This document shows positions 42,541-55,730 of a DNA stretch of 64,000 nucleotides, piece after piece; the stretch's first letter is position 1, and every line of letters begins with the position of its first letter. Position numbers and translations under genes: made by a program. Origin of the DNA: an uncultured Gammaproteobacteria bacterium (GTDB lineage: Bacteria > Pseudomonadota > Gammaproteobacteria > GCA-002705445 > GCA-002716945); the NCBI GenBank assembly GCA_902628335.1, contig CACOMO010000001.1, positions 173,313-237,312 of the forward strand, written 5' to 3'. Below the pieces are notes generated by a model, which did not search any database, was not told where the DNA came from, and saw nothing but the letters and a program-made list of their open reading frames with translations.

Positions 42541-43374
42541 TTATTTTATCTTCTTAATTGGAATAACATCCTCATTAATTTTGGGGTTCAATGGTGTTTT
42601 TTTCCATGCAAAGCCATAAAGTACCTCATAAGTTACAGGGTAATTAGTATTCTTATTCATTTTGTAACTATCTCGAGCGGTTCTGTAATTGTTTTTTGAA
42701 AGTTTTTTGTCAGAGACTTTTTCAACAGTATTTGCTCCTATTTTTTTAAGGGACTTTAAAACATCAGAGAAACTCTTATATTCAACAATAATTTTCTCAT
42801 TATCAACAACTGGGTCTGAAAAACCTATTTTTAAAAGTGCATCGCCATAATGGTGCATATCAATAAAGCGATTTACTCTTTCAGAAGAATCCACCTTGTT
42901 TAATGCAGCCCTTAATTCAAAAAGTGTGTCTGGTCCTATTGATGAAAATAAGAAACAACCATTGTTTTTTAATAATTGATGGGTTTTTAAAAAAGTCCCA
43001 TATAGGTCTGTAGCCCAGTGAAAAGTAAGGCTGGATATGATTAGGTCAAAACATGATTCCTTTATAGGTATATTTTCAATGTCTGCACATACTGGACTAG
43101 TATGATTAACTTTTGATCTACAAATTCTCAGCATTTTCTCGGAGAAATCAAGGGAAATAATCTTTGCATCGGGATAAAGCGCTGATATTTTCTGTGTTAA
43201 AAAACCTGTACCACAACCAAGATCTAATATTAAATTTGGTTGTATTTTGATTGCAGATAGTCTGTCAAAAACACGATCAGCAACTTCTTTCTGAATTATG
43301 CCATAACTATCATAAGTATTTGCTCTTCTATTAAAAGATTCTCTTATGCGTTTTTTATAATTATCCATTTTCAA
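42541..43374 (-). CDS. bioC: Malonyl-[acp] O-methyltransferase
   Basis: IRESFNRRANTYDSYGIIQKEVA and LDLGCGTGFLT motifs; ATGA-coupled to the upstream bioH-like gene. Confidence 0.75.
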   Translation of the reverse strand: MKMDNYKKRIRESFNRRANTYDSYGIIQKEVADRVFDRLSAIKIQPNLILDLGCGTGFLTQKISALYPDAKIISLDFSEKMLRICRSKVNHTSPVCADIENIPIKESCFDLIISSLTFHWATDLYGTFLKTHQLLKNNGCFLFSSIGPDTLFELRAALNKVDSSERVNRFIDMHHYGDALLKIGFSDPVVDNEKIIVEYKSFSDVLKSLKKIGANTVEKVSDKKLSKNNYRTARDSYKMNKNTNYPVTYEVLYGFAWKKTPLNPKINEDVIPIKKIK

Positions 43375-44087
43375 CCCTCAATAAATCTGATTATCTCTGT
43401 TTTAATTTCATTATGGAATGATAAAAAAGGATAATGAGCCATACCTTTTACTATCCTATGTTCAATATTACTATATTTATTTTCCTTGTTGCTAAGCGGT
43501 GGAAAAAAACTATCATGCTCACCTTGGATGATAAGAGTGTCAATTTTGAGCGAATTCTTTTTACTTAATGATGCTCTCAATTCTTTGATATTTTCTAGAC
43601 TTTGAATCAGGTCCTCACTATCAATGTTCAAGTATTTTCTTTTTAAGCCCAACAACCTCTTAAAGTCTTTCTTATGCGTAACAGAGTCTTTACAGCATTT
43701 ATATATAAACTTTTTTATAGTGTCATCCTTATTTTCAGTCAAGTTTGCAATAAGGCTGTCTATTTCTTTATCATTAATTTCATTATAGCTAGAGGGGAAA
43801 CATGAATTAATCAGAATTAATTTTGAGATTCTCGTATTTTCAAGTGCAAATCTCACACACATCATTCCACCGAATGAATAGCCTATTAGTATATTTTTCC
43901 ATGATTCATCCTTTAAGTAGTTCTCTATATTTAATTCACTTGAGATCATTTTTTCCCTATTGCGCATGTGTTTTGTTAAGTTTGGAGATTTAACACAAAA
44001 ACTGTTTTCTAAATCTGTCTTTAAATCTCTCCAAATGAAGGAATCAAAAAGCCATCCATGTAGAAGAACTAGATTAATTTTTTTCAT
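43371..44087 (-). CDS. bioH: Pimeloyl-[acp] methyl ester esterase (alpha/beta hydrolase)
   Basis: LVLLHGW N-terminus, nucleophile elbow GYSFGG, C-terminal His (GMAHYPF); paired with bioC. Confidence 0.65.
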   Translation of the reverse strand: MKKINLVLLHGWLFDSFIWRDLKTDLENSFCVKSPNLTKHMRNREKMISSELNIENYLKDESWKNILIGYSFGGMMCVRFALENTRISKLILINSCFPSSYNEINDKEIDSLIANLTENKDDTIKKFIYKCCKDSVTHKKDFKRLLGLKRKYLNIDSEDLIQSLENIKELRASLSKKNSLKIDTLIIQGEHDSFFPPLSNKENKYSNIEHRIVKGMAHYPFLSFHNEIKTEIIRFIEG

Positions 44088-44139
44088 TTATTACCTACAA
44101 ATTTCTACTGTAAATTAGTATTATAAATTATTACTACTA

Positions 44140-44724
44140 ATGATAATTATACCTACAGAAAATCAACTATTATTGATATTTGTACTTTATATAGTTGGGT
44201 CAATCCCATTTTCTATCATATTTGCGCGCTTGTTTAATTTATCTGACCCAAGAACATTTGGCTCCAAGAACCCTGGTGCAACTAATATGCTACGGACCGG
44301 GAACAAACTCGCTGCTATTCTTACTCTCATAGGTGACATAGCTAAAGGGTTTTTGCCTATATTTCTACTCAAAAAAACAGAATTAATGGTGGATGAAATA
44401 TACTTGCTAGCATTTTTTATTTATTTAGGGCATATATTTTCAGTTTTCATGAGATTAAAAGGTGGCAAAGCAGTAGCAACTTCAATAGGTGTAGTGCTAG
44501 GTATCGATTATCTGATTGCGATACTTTTAATATTAACATGGATAATTGTTTATCTTATTTCTAGAATCTCTGGTCTCTCCGCAATTACGGCATTTGTGCT
44601 GTTACCAAGCTTTTTTTACTTTTTTTCAAACTACGATCATCTTGCGTCAATCAGCATTTTTAATACGCTTCTTATCTTAATTACTCATAGGAGCAACATT
44701 GTCGGCTTATTATCAAAAAACTGA
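44140..44724 (+). CDS. plsY: Glycerol-3-phosphate acyltransferase PlsY
   Basis: GSIPFS..., FGSKNPGATN and HR.N motifs; multi-TM; 194 aa. Confidence 0.92.
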   Translation: MIIIPTENQLLLIFVLYIVGSIPFSIIFARLFNLSDPRTFGSKNPGATNMLRTGNKLAAILTLIGDIAKGFLPIFLLKKTELMVDEIYLLAFFIYLGHIFSVFMRLKGGKAVATSIGVVLGIDYLIAILLILTWIIVYLISRISGLSAITAFVLLPSFFYFFSNYDHLASISIFNTLLILITHRSNIVGLLSKN

Positions 44725-45705
44725 TGATGTAGGGATAGGTTGAATTTTTAAACTATTCATTTTTGTCTCATTTGATTTCAAATAACCTAAATAAGCTATC
44801 ATTGCACCATTATCTGTACTAAATTCTAAATTTGGGAAAAATACGTCAATATTCTGGGACTCTTTTTCAAATCTCTCTCTTAAACGCATATTTGCACTCA
44901 CACCACCTGAAACTGCAATTCTAGGAATATCAAATATTTTTGCTGCAGAAATAGATTTATGGATGAGAACGTCAATTATAGATTCCTGAAAATCAAATGA
45001 GATCTCGGAAATAATTTGATCGTTTAATCTTGTTCTCTCTATTTCTCTTATTACATGAGTTTTGAGTCCACTAAAACTAAAATTTAAATCATTTGAGTTT
45101 ATCATTGGTCTTGGAAATTTGTATTTTGAGTTGATGGTCCTTTTTGCAGCTATTGAGATTTCTGGGCCACCAGGGTATTTTAAACCCATTTTCCTCGCAA
45201 CTTTGTCAAATACTTCACCTGCTGAATCATCAAGTGATTTACCAATAATTTCATATGAGTTGTGTTTATCAATTTTAGAAATAAGCGTATGTCCACCAGA
45301 TACGAGAAGAGAGATAAAAGGTGGCTCAAGAGTTTTTTCAGAAATCATAGCAGAAAAAATATGTGCCTCGAGATGATCAATTTCAACTGATCGAATATTG
45401 TTCACCCAAGCAAGAGTTTTTGCAAAAGCTGCTCCAGTCAGAAGTGGTCCAAGTAGGCCAGGGCCATTAGTGAATGCAATAAGACCAATTTTATCAAGTG
45501 ATAATTTTTGTTTATTAAGAAGACTATCTAGCAGAGGTACAAGTTTTTTTACATGGTCTCTAGATGCTAATTCAGGGACTACGCCACCATATTTATTATG
45601 TATTTTAGTTTGGGAACTGAGAACATTTGCCAGTAAACCTTCACCAGTTTTATAAAGTGCCATTCCAGTCTCATCACATGAAGATTCAATTCCAAGTATG
45701 ATCAA
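44713..45705 (-). CDS. tsaD: tRNA N6-adenosine threonylcarbamoyltransferase TsaD
   Basis: ILGIESSCDETG and VSGGHT motifs. TTG start preceded by GGAGG at an ideal spacing. Confidence 0.93.
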   Translation of the reverse strand: MIILGIESSCDETGMALYKTGEGLLANVLSSQTKIHNKYGGVVPELASRDHVKKLVPLLDSLLNKQKLSLDKIGLIAFTNGPGLLGPLLTGAAFAKTLAWVNNIRSVEIDHLEAHIFSAMISEKTLEPPFISLLVSGGHTLISKIDKHNSYEIIGKSLDDSAGEVFDKVARKMGLKYPGGPEISIAAKRTINSKYKFPRPMINSNDLNFSFSGLKTHVIREIERTRLNDQIISEISFDFQESIIDVLIHKSISAAKIFDIPRIAVSGGVSANMRLRERFEKESQNIDVFFPNLEFSTDNGAMIAYLGYLKSNETKMNSLKIQPIPTSSVF

Positions 45706-45793
45706 TATTTTCCTCCATATTCCCTTATATTTAGTTGCTTTATTATTATAATCAAGTAATATTACGCCATTATAAACTATTTTGTGAGTATTT

Positions 45794-46018
45794 ATGCCAA
45801 GTGTTCAAGTTAGAGAGAATGAACCATTTGAGATAGCTCTTAGAAGATTCAAAAGAGGCTGCGAGAAAGCAGGTATTTTGACAGAAACTAGACGAAGAGA
45901 ATTCTACGAAAAACCTACCGCTGTTAGAAAGAGAAAAATAGCTGCTGCTATCAAACGATACAAGAGGAAAGTTAGCATGTCAGCAATAAGAAAAAAGCCA
46001 CCATATAAAAAGTATTAA
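45794..46018 (+). CDS. rpsU: 30S ribosomal protein S21
   Basis: [21 protein letters not shown]... canonical S21; 74 aa. Confidence 0.96.
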   Translation: MPSVQVRENEPFEIALRRFKRGCEKAGILTETRRREFYEKPTAVRKRKIAAAIKRYKRKVSMSAIRKKPPYKKY

Positions 46019-46035
46019 AACCTGATCTTCGAAAG

Positions 46036-46476
46036 ATGAAAGACGTCATAGAAAGAGACATTATAAAATTAATGAAGTCCGGGGAAAAACGAAAAGTTGA
46101 AATAGTCAGATTTATTTTATCTCACCTAAAGAATGAAGAAAAAGAAAAAAAAAGAGATTTATCAGCAGGTGAGACTATTCAAATACTGAAAAGACTACTC
46201 AAAAGAAATCAAGAATCATACGATCAATTTAACAAAGCTGGTAGAGACGATTTAGCATCAAAAGAAAAAGAAGAGATGGAAGTGATACAAGATTATTTAC
46301 CAGAAGAATTATCAGAAGAAGAAGTAATCGAAATTGTTAAGGAAACTATATCATCAAGTGGGGCATCGTCTATTAAAGAAATGGGTAAAGTCATAGGTTT
46401 GGTTAAGAAAAAACATGGTAATGATGTTGATATGTCGATTGTGAGTAAACACGTCAAATTACTACTTAATCAATAA
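46036..46476 (+). CDS. GatB/YqeY domain-containing protein
   Basis: Typical YqeY sequence (I..D...AMK.....L..LR.....K) with a C-terminal GKVIGLVKKK...D...V; follows rpsU. Confidence 0.8.
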   Translation: MKDVIERDIIKLMKSGEKRKVEIVRFILSHLKNEEKEKKRDLSAGETIQILKRLLKRNQESYDQFNKAGRDDLASKEKEEMEVIQDYLPEELSEEEVIEIVKETISSSGASSIKEMGKVIGLVKKKHGNDVDMSIVSKHVKLLLNQ

Positions 46477-46489
46477 TTATATTTAGCTG

Positions 46490-47074
46490 TTATTTGTAAT
46501 TAGTTTTCGTGTTTTTTAAAGCATCTATTAGTCGATTTCTATCTGTAACATTCTCAGGCTTGAAATAGTGTTTTAGCGTTGTCCACTTTAGAAAATCAAT
46601 TTCATCTAAAAGAGAGACTTTCCTGCTGTCTAGTTTGTTGTGTATATAATCACTTCTAGTTTTAAGAGTCCATGTCACAAGTGGGTTCTGGACACCATAA
46701 CTTGTTTGATTATAATCCGAGGGTATATAGCAATGACCATGCTCAATCTTATACTCTCTGAGTTTTTCAAACATAGAGTGCCAATAACCATCACTCTTCT
46801 CCTCCTCGTCATCCGTTACAAAAACATAATTTTGAAGGAAAGTAAGAAGTTTCTTTGTAGGTCTTGGCCAATTATAAATTCCTCTATCAATCCAACTAGA
46901 TGTTTTAAGTACATTAGTATTTTTAGCAAGGAAATCGTACAGGTCATCCATAGGTACGCGATAAGTTACAGATTCATGTGAAAATTGAACTAATGTATCC
47001 GTATTGATCAATTCCTTAAAAACCGTTAGTCTCGATGTTTTCTTGATAGTCTTCATAAACTGATGGTATACCAT
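46490..47074 (-). CDS. Hypothetical protein with a helicase-associated (HA) domain
   Basis: aa 95-165 WHSMFEKLREYKIEHGHCYIPSDY......LVTWTLKTRSDYIHNKLDSRKVSLLDEIDFLW fits the HA-domain pattern (W..mf.eL..f...hGh..vP...LG.Wv..QR......l...r...L...gF.W). The N-terminal 90 aa are unknown. Confidence 0.55.
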   Translation of the reverse strand: MVYHQFMKTIKKTSRLTVFKELINTDTLVQFSHESVTYRVPMDDLYDFLAKNTNVLKTSSWIDRGIYNWPRPTKKLLTFLQNYVFVTDDEEEKSDGYWHSMFEKLREYKIEHGHCYIPSDYNQTSYGVQNPLVTWTLKTRSDYIHNKLDSRKVSLLDEIDFLKWTTLKHYFKPENVTDRNRLIDALKNTKTNYK

Positions 47075-47150
47075 ATATTGGATATAGTCAATATATGGTA
47101 TATTGTAAATGTTAAAAAAATACTTCTTTGATCTACTAAATCATGTATAA

Positions 47151-49636
<2,486 letters not shown>

Positions 49637-49650
<14 letters not shown>

Positions 49651-50149
49651 TATATATCTTGTTGGTCTAATGGGTTCAGGCAAGACATCTATAGGGAAAA
49701 TACTTGCAAAGAGGATGAGTATGGACTTTATAGATCTAGATGATGAAATTATTAAAGATGAAAAGTGTAGCATATCTGAAATTTTTGACAGATTTGGTGA
49801 AAAAAAATTTCGTGATTTAGAAAATAAGAAACTTATTAGTACTTTGGGAGTCCATAATTGTGTTGTATCGACAGGCGGGGGAATTGTTATGGATAAAGAT
49901 AATGTCAAAATTATGACAGAAAATGGATTTATTGTTCACCTCGATATTGATTTAGAGACGCAACTTTTGAGAATCAAAAATAAAAAAAATAGACCTCTTT
50001 TGAGAAATGTAGGTAATGAGAGAAAAGTGCTTTCTGAAATGAGAAAAGAGAGAGATCACATTTATAAGAAAATTGCTATTGCATCAGTAGATACATCTAA
50101 TAGAAAGAGAAATGATATCGTAAGTGAAGTGGTTAATATCGTACAATGA
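49637..50149 (+). CDS. aroK: Shikimate kinase
   Basis: P-loop GLMGSGKTSIGK, and the ISTGGG motif as VSTGGGIV; 170 aa. Confidence 0.93.
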
Positions 50150-51225
50150 AAAAAATATTTTTAACAACTCGCAATAATAAAGTTCCTATTCTGATAGGTA
50201 ATGATATCATTACGTCAAAGTTATTATCAACGCACATTAAATCTAAAAATGTTATTATTATAACTAATGAAACAATTGGGAAAATTTATTTAAAAAAAAT
50301 AAAAAATTGTTTCAAGAGATACAACACCCAAGTATTAGAAATAAAAGATGGAGAGAAATATAAAAATATTTCAATATTTACAAAAATTCATGATCACCTT
50401 ATTAGAAATAGATTCGATAGAGATCTTACAATAGTTGCACTAGGAGGAGGTGTCATTGGTGACCTTGTAGGTTTTGTTGCCAGCACGTTTATGAGAGGGG
50501 TCAAACTCATTCATTTGCCAACTACATTGCTAGCACAAGTTGATTCATCAATAGGTGGTAAAACCGCCGTTAATCATCCTAATGGTAAAAATCTAATTGG
50601 GACTTTTTATCAACCTGATAGCATAATTATTGATACAAAATTTTTGCAGACACTTCCTGAAGAGGAGTATACATCAGGATTAGCTGAAGTAGTAAAATAT
50701 GGTCTAATAAGTAAGCCTAGCTTGCTTGTTTGGATGAATAAAAACTCAAAGAAAATTCTCTCTAAAAATAAAGATTGTTTGAGCTATATTGTATCCATTT
50801 CAGCAAAAGAAAAAGTAAGATTTGTATCACAAGATGAGCGTGAATCGAATGTTAGGGCATTTCTTAATTATGGCCACACTCTAGGTCATGCAATTGAAGC
50901 AGCAATGAACTATCGCAATATACTTCATGGGCAAGCAATAAGCATCGGTATGCTCTTTGCATCAATGCTCTCAGTAGAGAAAAACATGTTAGATATAAAT
51001 GATTTTAATTTAATTGAAGATACACTTGAGAAACTAAATTTACCGACAGAAATACCAAAAAGGATTAAGACTAGAGATATTGTTAAGCATATAAAATTTG
51101 ACAAGAAAAAACAGAACAATCGTAATCGTTTTGTTTTGTTAAATAAACTTGGGAAATGTGTAATCAATGATAAATTAACGGACAATTTTCTTGGTAATAT
51201 GATCGAGCATTATAGGTCTCAGTAA
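50146..51225 (+). CDS. aroB: 3-dehydroquinate synthase
   Basis: ALGGGVIGDLVGFVAS, PTTLLAQVDSSIGGKT, and NYGHTLGHAIE motifs. Confidence 0.94.
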   Translation: MKKIFLTTRNNKVPILIGNDIITSKLLSTHIKSKNVIIITNETIGKIYLKKIKNCFKRYNTQVLEIKDGEKYKNISIFTKIHDHLIRNRFDRDLTIVALGGGVIGDLVGFVASTFMRGVKLIHLPTTLLAQVDSSIGGKTAVNHPNGKNLIGTFYQPDSIIIDTKFLQTLPEEEYTSGLAEVVKYGLISKPSLLVWMNKNSKKILSKNKDCLSYIVSISAKEKVRFVSQDERESNVRAFLNYGHTLGHAIEAAMNYRNILHGQAISIGMLFASMLSVEKNMLDINDFNLIEDTLEKLNLPTEIPKRIKTRDIVKHIKFDKKKQNNRNRFVLLNKLGKCVINDKLTDNFLGNMIEHYRSQ

Positions 51226-51265
51226 ATGTTTCTGGATTCTAATATTATGTTATTATCAGTACGGA

Positions 51266-54200
51266 ATGAATATGAATAAAACACAAAAAAATAAAGGTCT
51301 TTATCAACCAAGTTTCGAGAGAGATAATTGTGGATTTGGTCTCATTACTCAGATGGATGATAAACCCTCACATTGGATTATTGACACAAGTATTAATGCA
51401 TTATCGAGATTAATGCACAGAGGAGCTGTATCTGATGATGGCAAATCAAGTGATGGATGTGGTCTTCTAATAAAAAAACCAGATGAATTCCTAAGATCAA
51501 TCGCGGAAGAGAATAACATAGAGCTTGGAACGAATTATGCATTTGGAGTTGTCTTTTTCGGAAGAGACCGAGGTAAACAGAAAAGAGCAAAAGAAACTCT
51601 TTTATTTCAACTAAAAAAACAAGGTCTGATCGTCAATGGTTGGAGAAAAGTCCCAATTAATACAGAAGTTTGTGGTGAGGCAGCACTGAATAATATTCCT
51701 GATATTCAACACATTATAGTATCTGCTCCTGATGAAACTATAGGAGCTGATTTTGAAAAAAAATTATTTATAGCAAGAATACAAACGGAGAAAATTTTAT
51801 CAGACGATAAAGATTTTTATATACCTAGTATGTCATCAAGGGTCATATCATATAAAGGCTTGATAATGTCGCAGAACATTAGAGAATTCTATCCGGACTT
51901 GAAAGACTCTAGGTTAAAAACATCGTTATGTGTTTTCCATCAGAGATTTTCAACAAATACTTTACCACAATGGAAGCTAGCTCAACCTTTCAGATTTCTA
52001 GCTCATAATGGTGAGATTAATACTATTCAAGGTAATCGTAATTGGTATCTAGCCAGGAGGAATAAACTAGAAATAGAGTGTCTTCCTGAACTTAATGAGT
52101 TGCATCCTATGATTTCAGACTCGGACTCAGACTCATTTACTCTCGATAATATGTTAGAGCTTCTTTTAATGGGAGACATGGGTATTTTCCGAGCAATGAG
52201 AACCCTGATCCCACCTGCATGGCAAAATGACATTAATATAGACAGTGATCTAAAAGCATGTTTTGAGTACCACTCAATGCATATGGAGCCATGGGATGGT
52301 CCAGCAGGAATCGTTCTCACGGATGGGAGATATGCAGCGTGTGTATTGGACAGAAACGGCCTAAGGCCAGCCCGATACGTAATCACTAAAGACGGACATG
52401 TCACACTTGCATCCGAAATAGGTGTATATGATTACTCGGATGACGAGGTTATCAATAAAGGAAGATTATCACCAGGCGAGATGATTGCCATAGATACTCA
52501 TAAGGGTGAGGTACTTTTATCGGATCAAATAAATCATATTCTTAAAGATAGACATCCTTATCAATCTTGGTTAAAAAAATATTCCAGGAAAGTACCAATT
52601 TATGAGTCGAATAAAGAAAATCCACTTTGCTGGAAAAGTGATTTACTTCAAACTTACAAAAAAACATTTGGTGTTTCATTTGAGGAAGAAAAAGAGATAA
52701 TTGCGCCTTTGGCTGATGTCGGTCAGGAAGCTACTGGATCCATGGGTGATGATACCCCAATGCCAGTTATGTCACACCAGAATAGATCAATTTATGATTA
52801 TTTTAGACAGCAATTTGCCCAAGTAACCAATCCTGCAATAGACTCATTAAGAGAATCTAGTGTCATGTCTCTAGAAGTATGTATAGGTGAAGAAAGAAAT
52901 ATTTTTGAGGAATCACCTAAACACGCAGATAGGTTGATTTTAAATTCTCCCATACTTGACAGACAAACATTCGAAGCGATTGTCAACAATGATTTAAAAG
53001 ATTACTCATGTAATAGAATAGACCTTAATTATGATTATACAATTGATTTAGAGGAAGCCATAAATACGATATCGGATAGAGCAGTAAGGAGTGTTAAAAA
53101 AGGTAATAATTTGATAGTCCTATCAGATAAACAAATCAATAAAGGTAAACTTGTTATACCTGCGCCGATGGCGCTTGGTGCAGTTCATCATAAACTCATT
53201 ACTGAGGGCCTAAGATGTGATGCAAACATAATTGTTGAGAGTGGATCTGCCAGAAATCCTCATCATTTTGCAGTGTTAATAGGATATGGTGCGACAGCTG
53301 TTTATCCTTATCTTGCTTTTGAGATAATTAGGGAGCTAGCAGAGCGTAAAGCTAATCCAAAAAGCATTTATGGTGATTGTATATCCAACTATATAAAAGG
53401 GATTAATAAAGGTTTATTAAAAATAATGTCTAAGATGGGTATCTCATGTATACCTAGTTACCGAGGTGCACAACTTTTTGAACTTGTTGGTTTAGATAAT
53501 AATGTTGTGGATATGTGCTTTAAAGGTACCATCAGTCGGATTGCCGGTACAGATTACGAGGACATACAAAAAGATTTAATGGAAAATAGAGAATCTGCAT
53601 GGAACCTATCGGAAAAAATTAAAACAGGTGGTTTACTTAAATATGTTCATGGTGATGAATATCATGATTACAACCCAGAAGTAGTAAAATTATTACAGGC
53701 ATGCGTTAGCTCGGGAGAATATGCAGATTATGAAAAATATGCATCCCTAATTAATGATAGGAAACCGAGTTTTATACGAGACTTATTAAGTATAAACAAA
53801 AAAAAGACGAAATCAAAAAAAATTAACGAAGTCGAGCCTGTCAGTGAAATTGTAAAAAGGTTTGACACTGCAGGAATGTCATTAGGTGCACTATCTCCAG
53901 AAGCGCATGAAGCACTTGCTATTGCTATGAATACTCTTGGAGGACGATCAAACTCAGGAGAGGGCGGTGAAGATATTAATAGATATAATACTAATAAGTC
54001 CTCCAAAATTAAACAGGTTGCCTCTGGCAGATTCGGAGTCACTCCTCACTATCTAGTGAATGCCGAAGTTATTCAAATTAAAATTGCTCAAGGCGCAAAA
54101 CCGGGTGAAGGTGGTCAACTGCCAGGCCACAAAGTAAATGACATGATTGCAGAATTAAGATTCTCTGTTCCGGGTGTTACACTTATATCACCACCACCCC

Positions 54201-55729
54201 ATCATGATATTTATTCGATTGAGGACTTAGCGCAGTTGATCTTCGATCTAAAACAAGTTAACAATAAAGCACTTATATCCGTGAAGCTTGTCTCACAAGC
54301 AGGTGTAGGGACAATAGCGGCTGGTGTCACAAAAGCATACGCAGATCTTATAACCATATCTGGATATGATGGTGGAACAGGAGCAAGTCCACTAACATCG
54401 GTAAAATACGCAGGTAGCCCTTGGGAGTTAGGTATTGCTGAAACTCATCAAACGCTTATGATGAATAATCTAAGACATAAGGTTAGGCTTCAAACTGACG
54501 GAGGTTTAAAAACAGGGCTTGATGTTGTTAAAGGGGCAATACTTGGAGCAGAGAGTTTTGGTTTTGGCACTTCAGTTATGGTAGCCCTAGGCTGCAAGTA
54601 TTTACGTATATGTCATCTAAATAATTGTGCGACAGGAGTAGCGACCCAAAATAAAATATTAAGAATGAAGCACTTCAGTGGTAGCCCTGAAAGAGTTGTC
54701 AATTATTTAAATTTTGTAGCTCAAGATGTTAGAGAAATACTTGCCAAACTTGGATACTCTAGATTAGAAGACATCATAGGAAGAACAGAACTATTAGAGC
54801 AAACTGATGGTACGTCAGTTCGCCATGGTAAAATGAATTTAGATAAACTAGTATATAAAGTTAACAGTAAATCAACTCCTTTTTGTTCAACAAAAAATAA
54901 TGAACCATTTGATGATGCAGAGTTATCGAAGCAAATACTTGAAGATGCTATGCCATATATAAAATCTAAAAAGCGTAAAACTCTCAATTATGAAATTAAA
55001 AATTATAACAGAAGCGTTGGGGCTTCACTATCTGGTGAAATAGCAAAAATCTATGGTAACTATGGTTTAAAAAATAGTCCAATCACCTTACGTCTTAATG
55101 GAACAGCTGGCCAAAGTTTAGGGGCATGGAATGCAGATGGCTTACATATTAGACTAACAGGAGATGCGAATGACTATGTAGGTAAGGGTATGGCTGGAGG
55201 TGAGATATCTATATCCACGCCAGAGAAACTTGCAGATAATGCAGATAAAATGGTGATAATTGGTAATACATGTCTATATGGAGCCACTGGTGGACAATTA
55301 TTTGCAAACGGTATAGCTGGCGAGCGATTTGCTGTAAGAAATTCCGGTTGTGCATCTGTAGTTGAAGGAACAGGTCATCATGCATGCGAATATATGACTG
55401 GTGGAACAGTTGTAGTATTGGGAGAAACAGGAAGTAACTTTGGAGCAGGTATGACTGGTGGTCTTGCATTTATTTATGATAAGGAAAAACAATTTAATAA
55501 AAATGCTAACACTCAATCGATAGACTATAATGCTCTTAACAAAAAAAGTTTAAGTAAACATAAAGAATATCTAAGGTCGTTGCTTGAAAAACATTGTAAA
55601 TTAACGAATAGCATCAAATGTAAGAAAATTCTAGATAGTTTTGAAACAGAAGCAAAGCATTTCATTGTTGCTAAACCGATCTCCTCTAACTTTGATGAAC
55701 TTTTATCTCAGATAACCTCAGCTGCTTAA
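51266..55729 (+). CDS. gltB: Glutamate synthase large subunit
   Basis: Ntn amidotransferase with Cys after a short propeptide (ERDNCGFGL), an FMN/Fe-S central domain, and a C-terminal GXGXG beta-helix; 1487 aa. Confidence 0.97.
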   Translation: MNMNKTQKNKGLYQPSFERDNCGFGLITQMDDKPSHWIIDTSINALSRLMHRGAVSDDGKSSDGCGLLIKKPDEFLRSIAEENNIELGTNYAFGVVFFGRDRGKQKRAKETLLFQLKKQGLIVNGWRKVPINTEVCGEAALNNIPDIQHIIVSAPDETIGADFEKKLFIARIQTEKILSDDKDFYIPSMSSRVISYKGLIMSQNIREFYPDLKDSRLKTSLCVFHQRFSTNTLPQWKLAQPFRFLAHNGEINTIQGNRNWYLARRNKLEIECLPELNELHPMISDSDSDSFTLDNMLELLLMGDMGIFRAMRTLIPPAWQNDINIDSDLKACFEYHSMHMEPWDGPAGIVLTDGRYAACVLDRNGLRPARYVITKDGHVTLASEIGVYDYSDDEVINKGRLSPGEMIAIDTHKGEVLLSDQINHILKDRHPYQSWLKKYSRKVPIYESNKENPLCWKSDLLQTYKKTFGVSFEEEKEIIAPLADVGQEATGSMGDDTPMPVMSHQNRSIYDYFRQQFAQVTNPAIDSLRESSVMSLEVCIGEERNIFEESPKHADRLILNSPILDRQTFEAIVNNDLKDYSCNRIDLNYDYTIDLEEAINTISDRAVRSVKKGNNLIVLSDKQINKGKLVIPAPMALGAVHHKLITEGLRCDANIIVESGSARNPHHFAVLIGYGATAVYPYLAFEIIRELAERKANPKSIYGDCISNYIKGINKGLLKIMSKMGISCIPSYRGAQLFELVGLDNNVVDMCFKGTISRIAGTDYEDIQKDLMENRESAWNLSEKIKTGGLLKYVHGDEYHDYNPEVVKLLQACVSSGEYADYEKYASLINDRKPSFIRDLLSINKKKTKSKKINEVEPVSEIVKRFDTAGMSLGALSPEAHEALAIAMNTLGGRSNSGEGGEDINRYNTNKSSKIKQVASGRFGVTPHYLVNAEVIQIKIAQGAKPGEGGQLPGHKVNDMIAELRFSVPGVTLISPPPHHDIYSIEDLAQLIFDLKQVNNKALISVKLVSQAGVGTIAAGVTKAYADLITISGYDGGTGASPLTSVKYAGSPWELGIAETHQTLMMNNLRHKVRLQTDGGLKTGLDVVKGAILGAESFGFGTSVMVALGCKYLRICHLNNCATGVATQNKILRMKHFSGSPERVVNYLNFVAQDVREILAKLGYSRLEDIIGRTELLEQTDGTSVRHGKMNLDKLVYKVNSKSTPFCSTKNNEPFDDAELSKQILEDAMPYIKSKKRKTLNYEIKNYNRSVGASLSGEIAKIYGNYGLKNSPITLRLNGTAGQSLGAWNADGLHIRLTGDANDYVGKGMAGGEISISTPEKLADNADKMVIIGNTCLYGATGGQLFANGIAGERFAVRNSGCASVVEGTGHHACEYMTGGTVVVLGETGSNFGAGMTGGLAFIYDKEKQFNKNANTQSIDYNALNKKSLSKHKEYLRSLLEKHCKLTNSIKCKKILDSFETEAKHFIVAKPISSNFDELLSQITSAA

Positions 55730-55730
55730 A

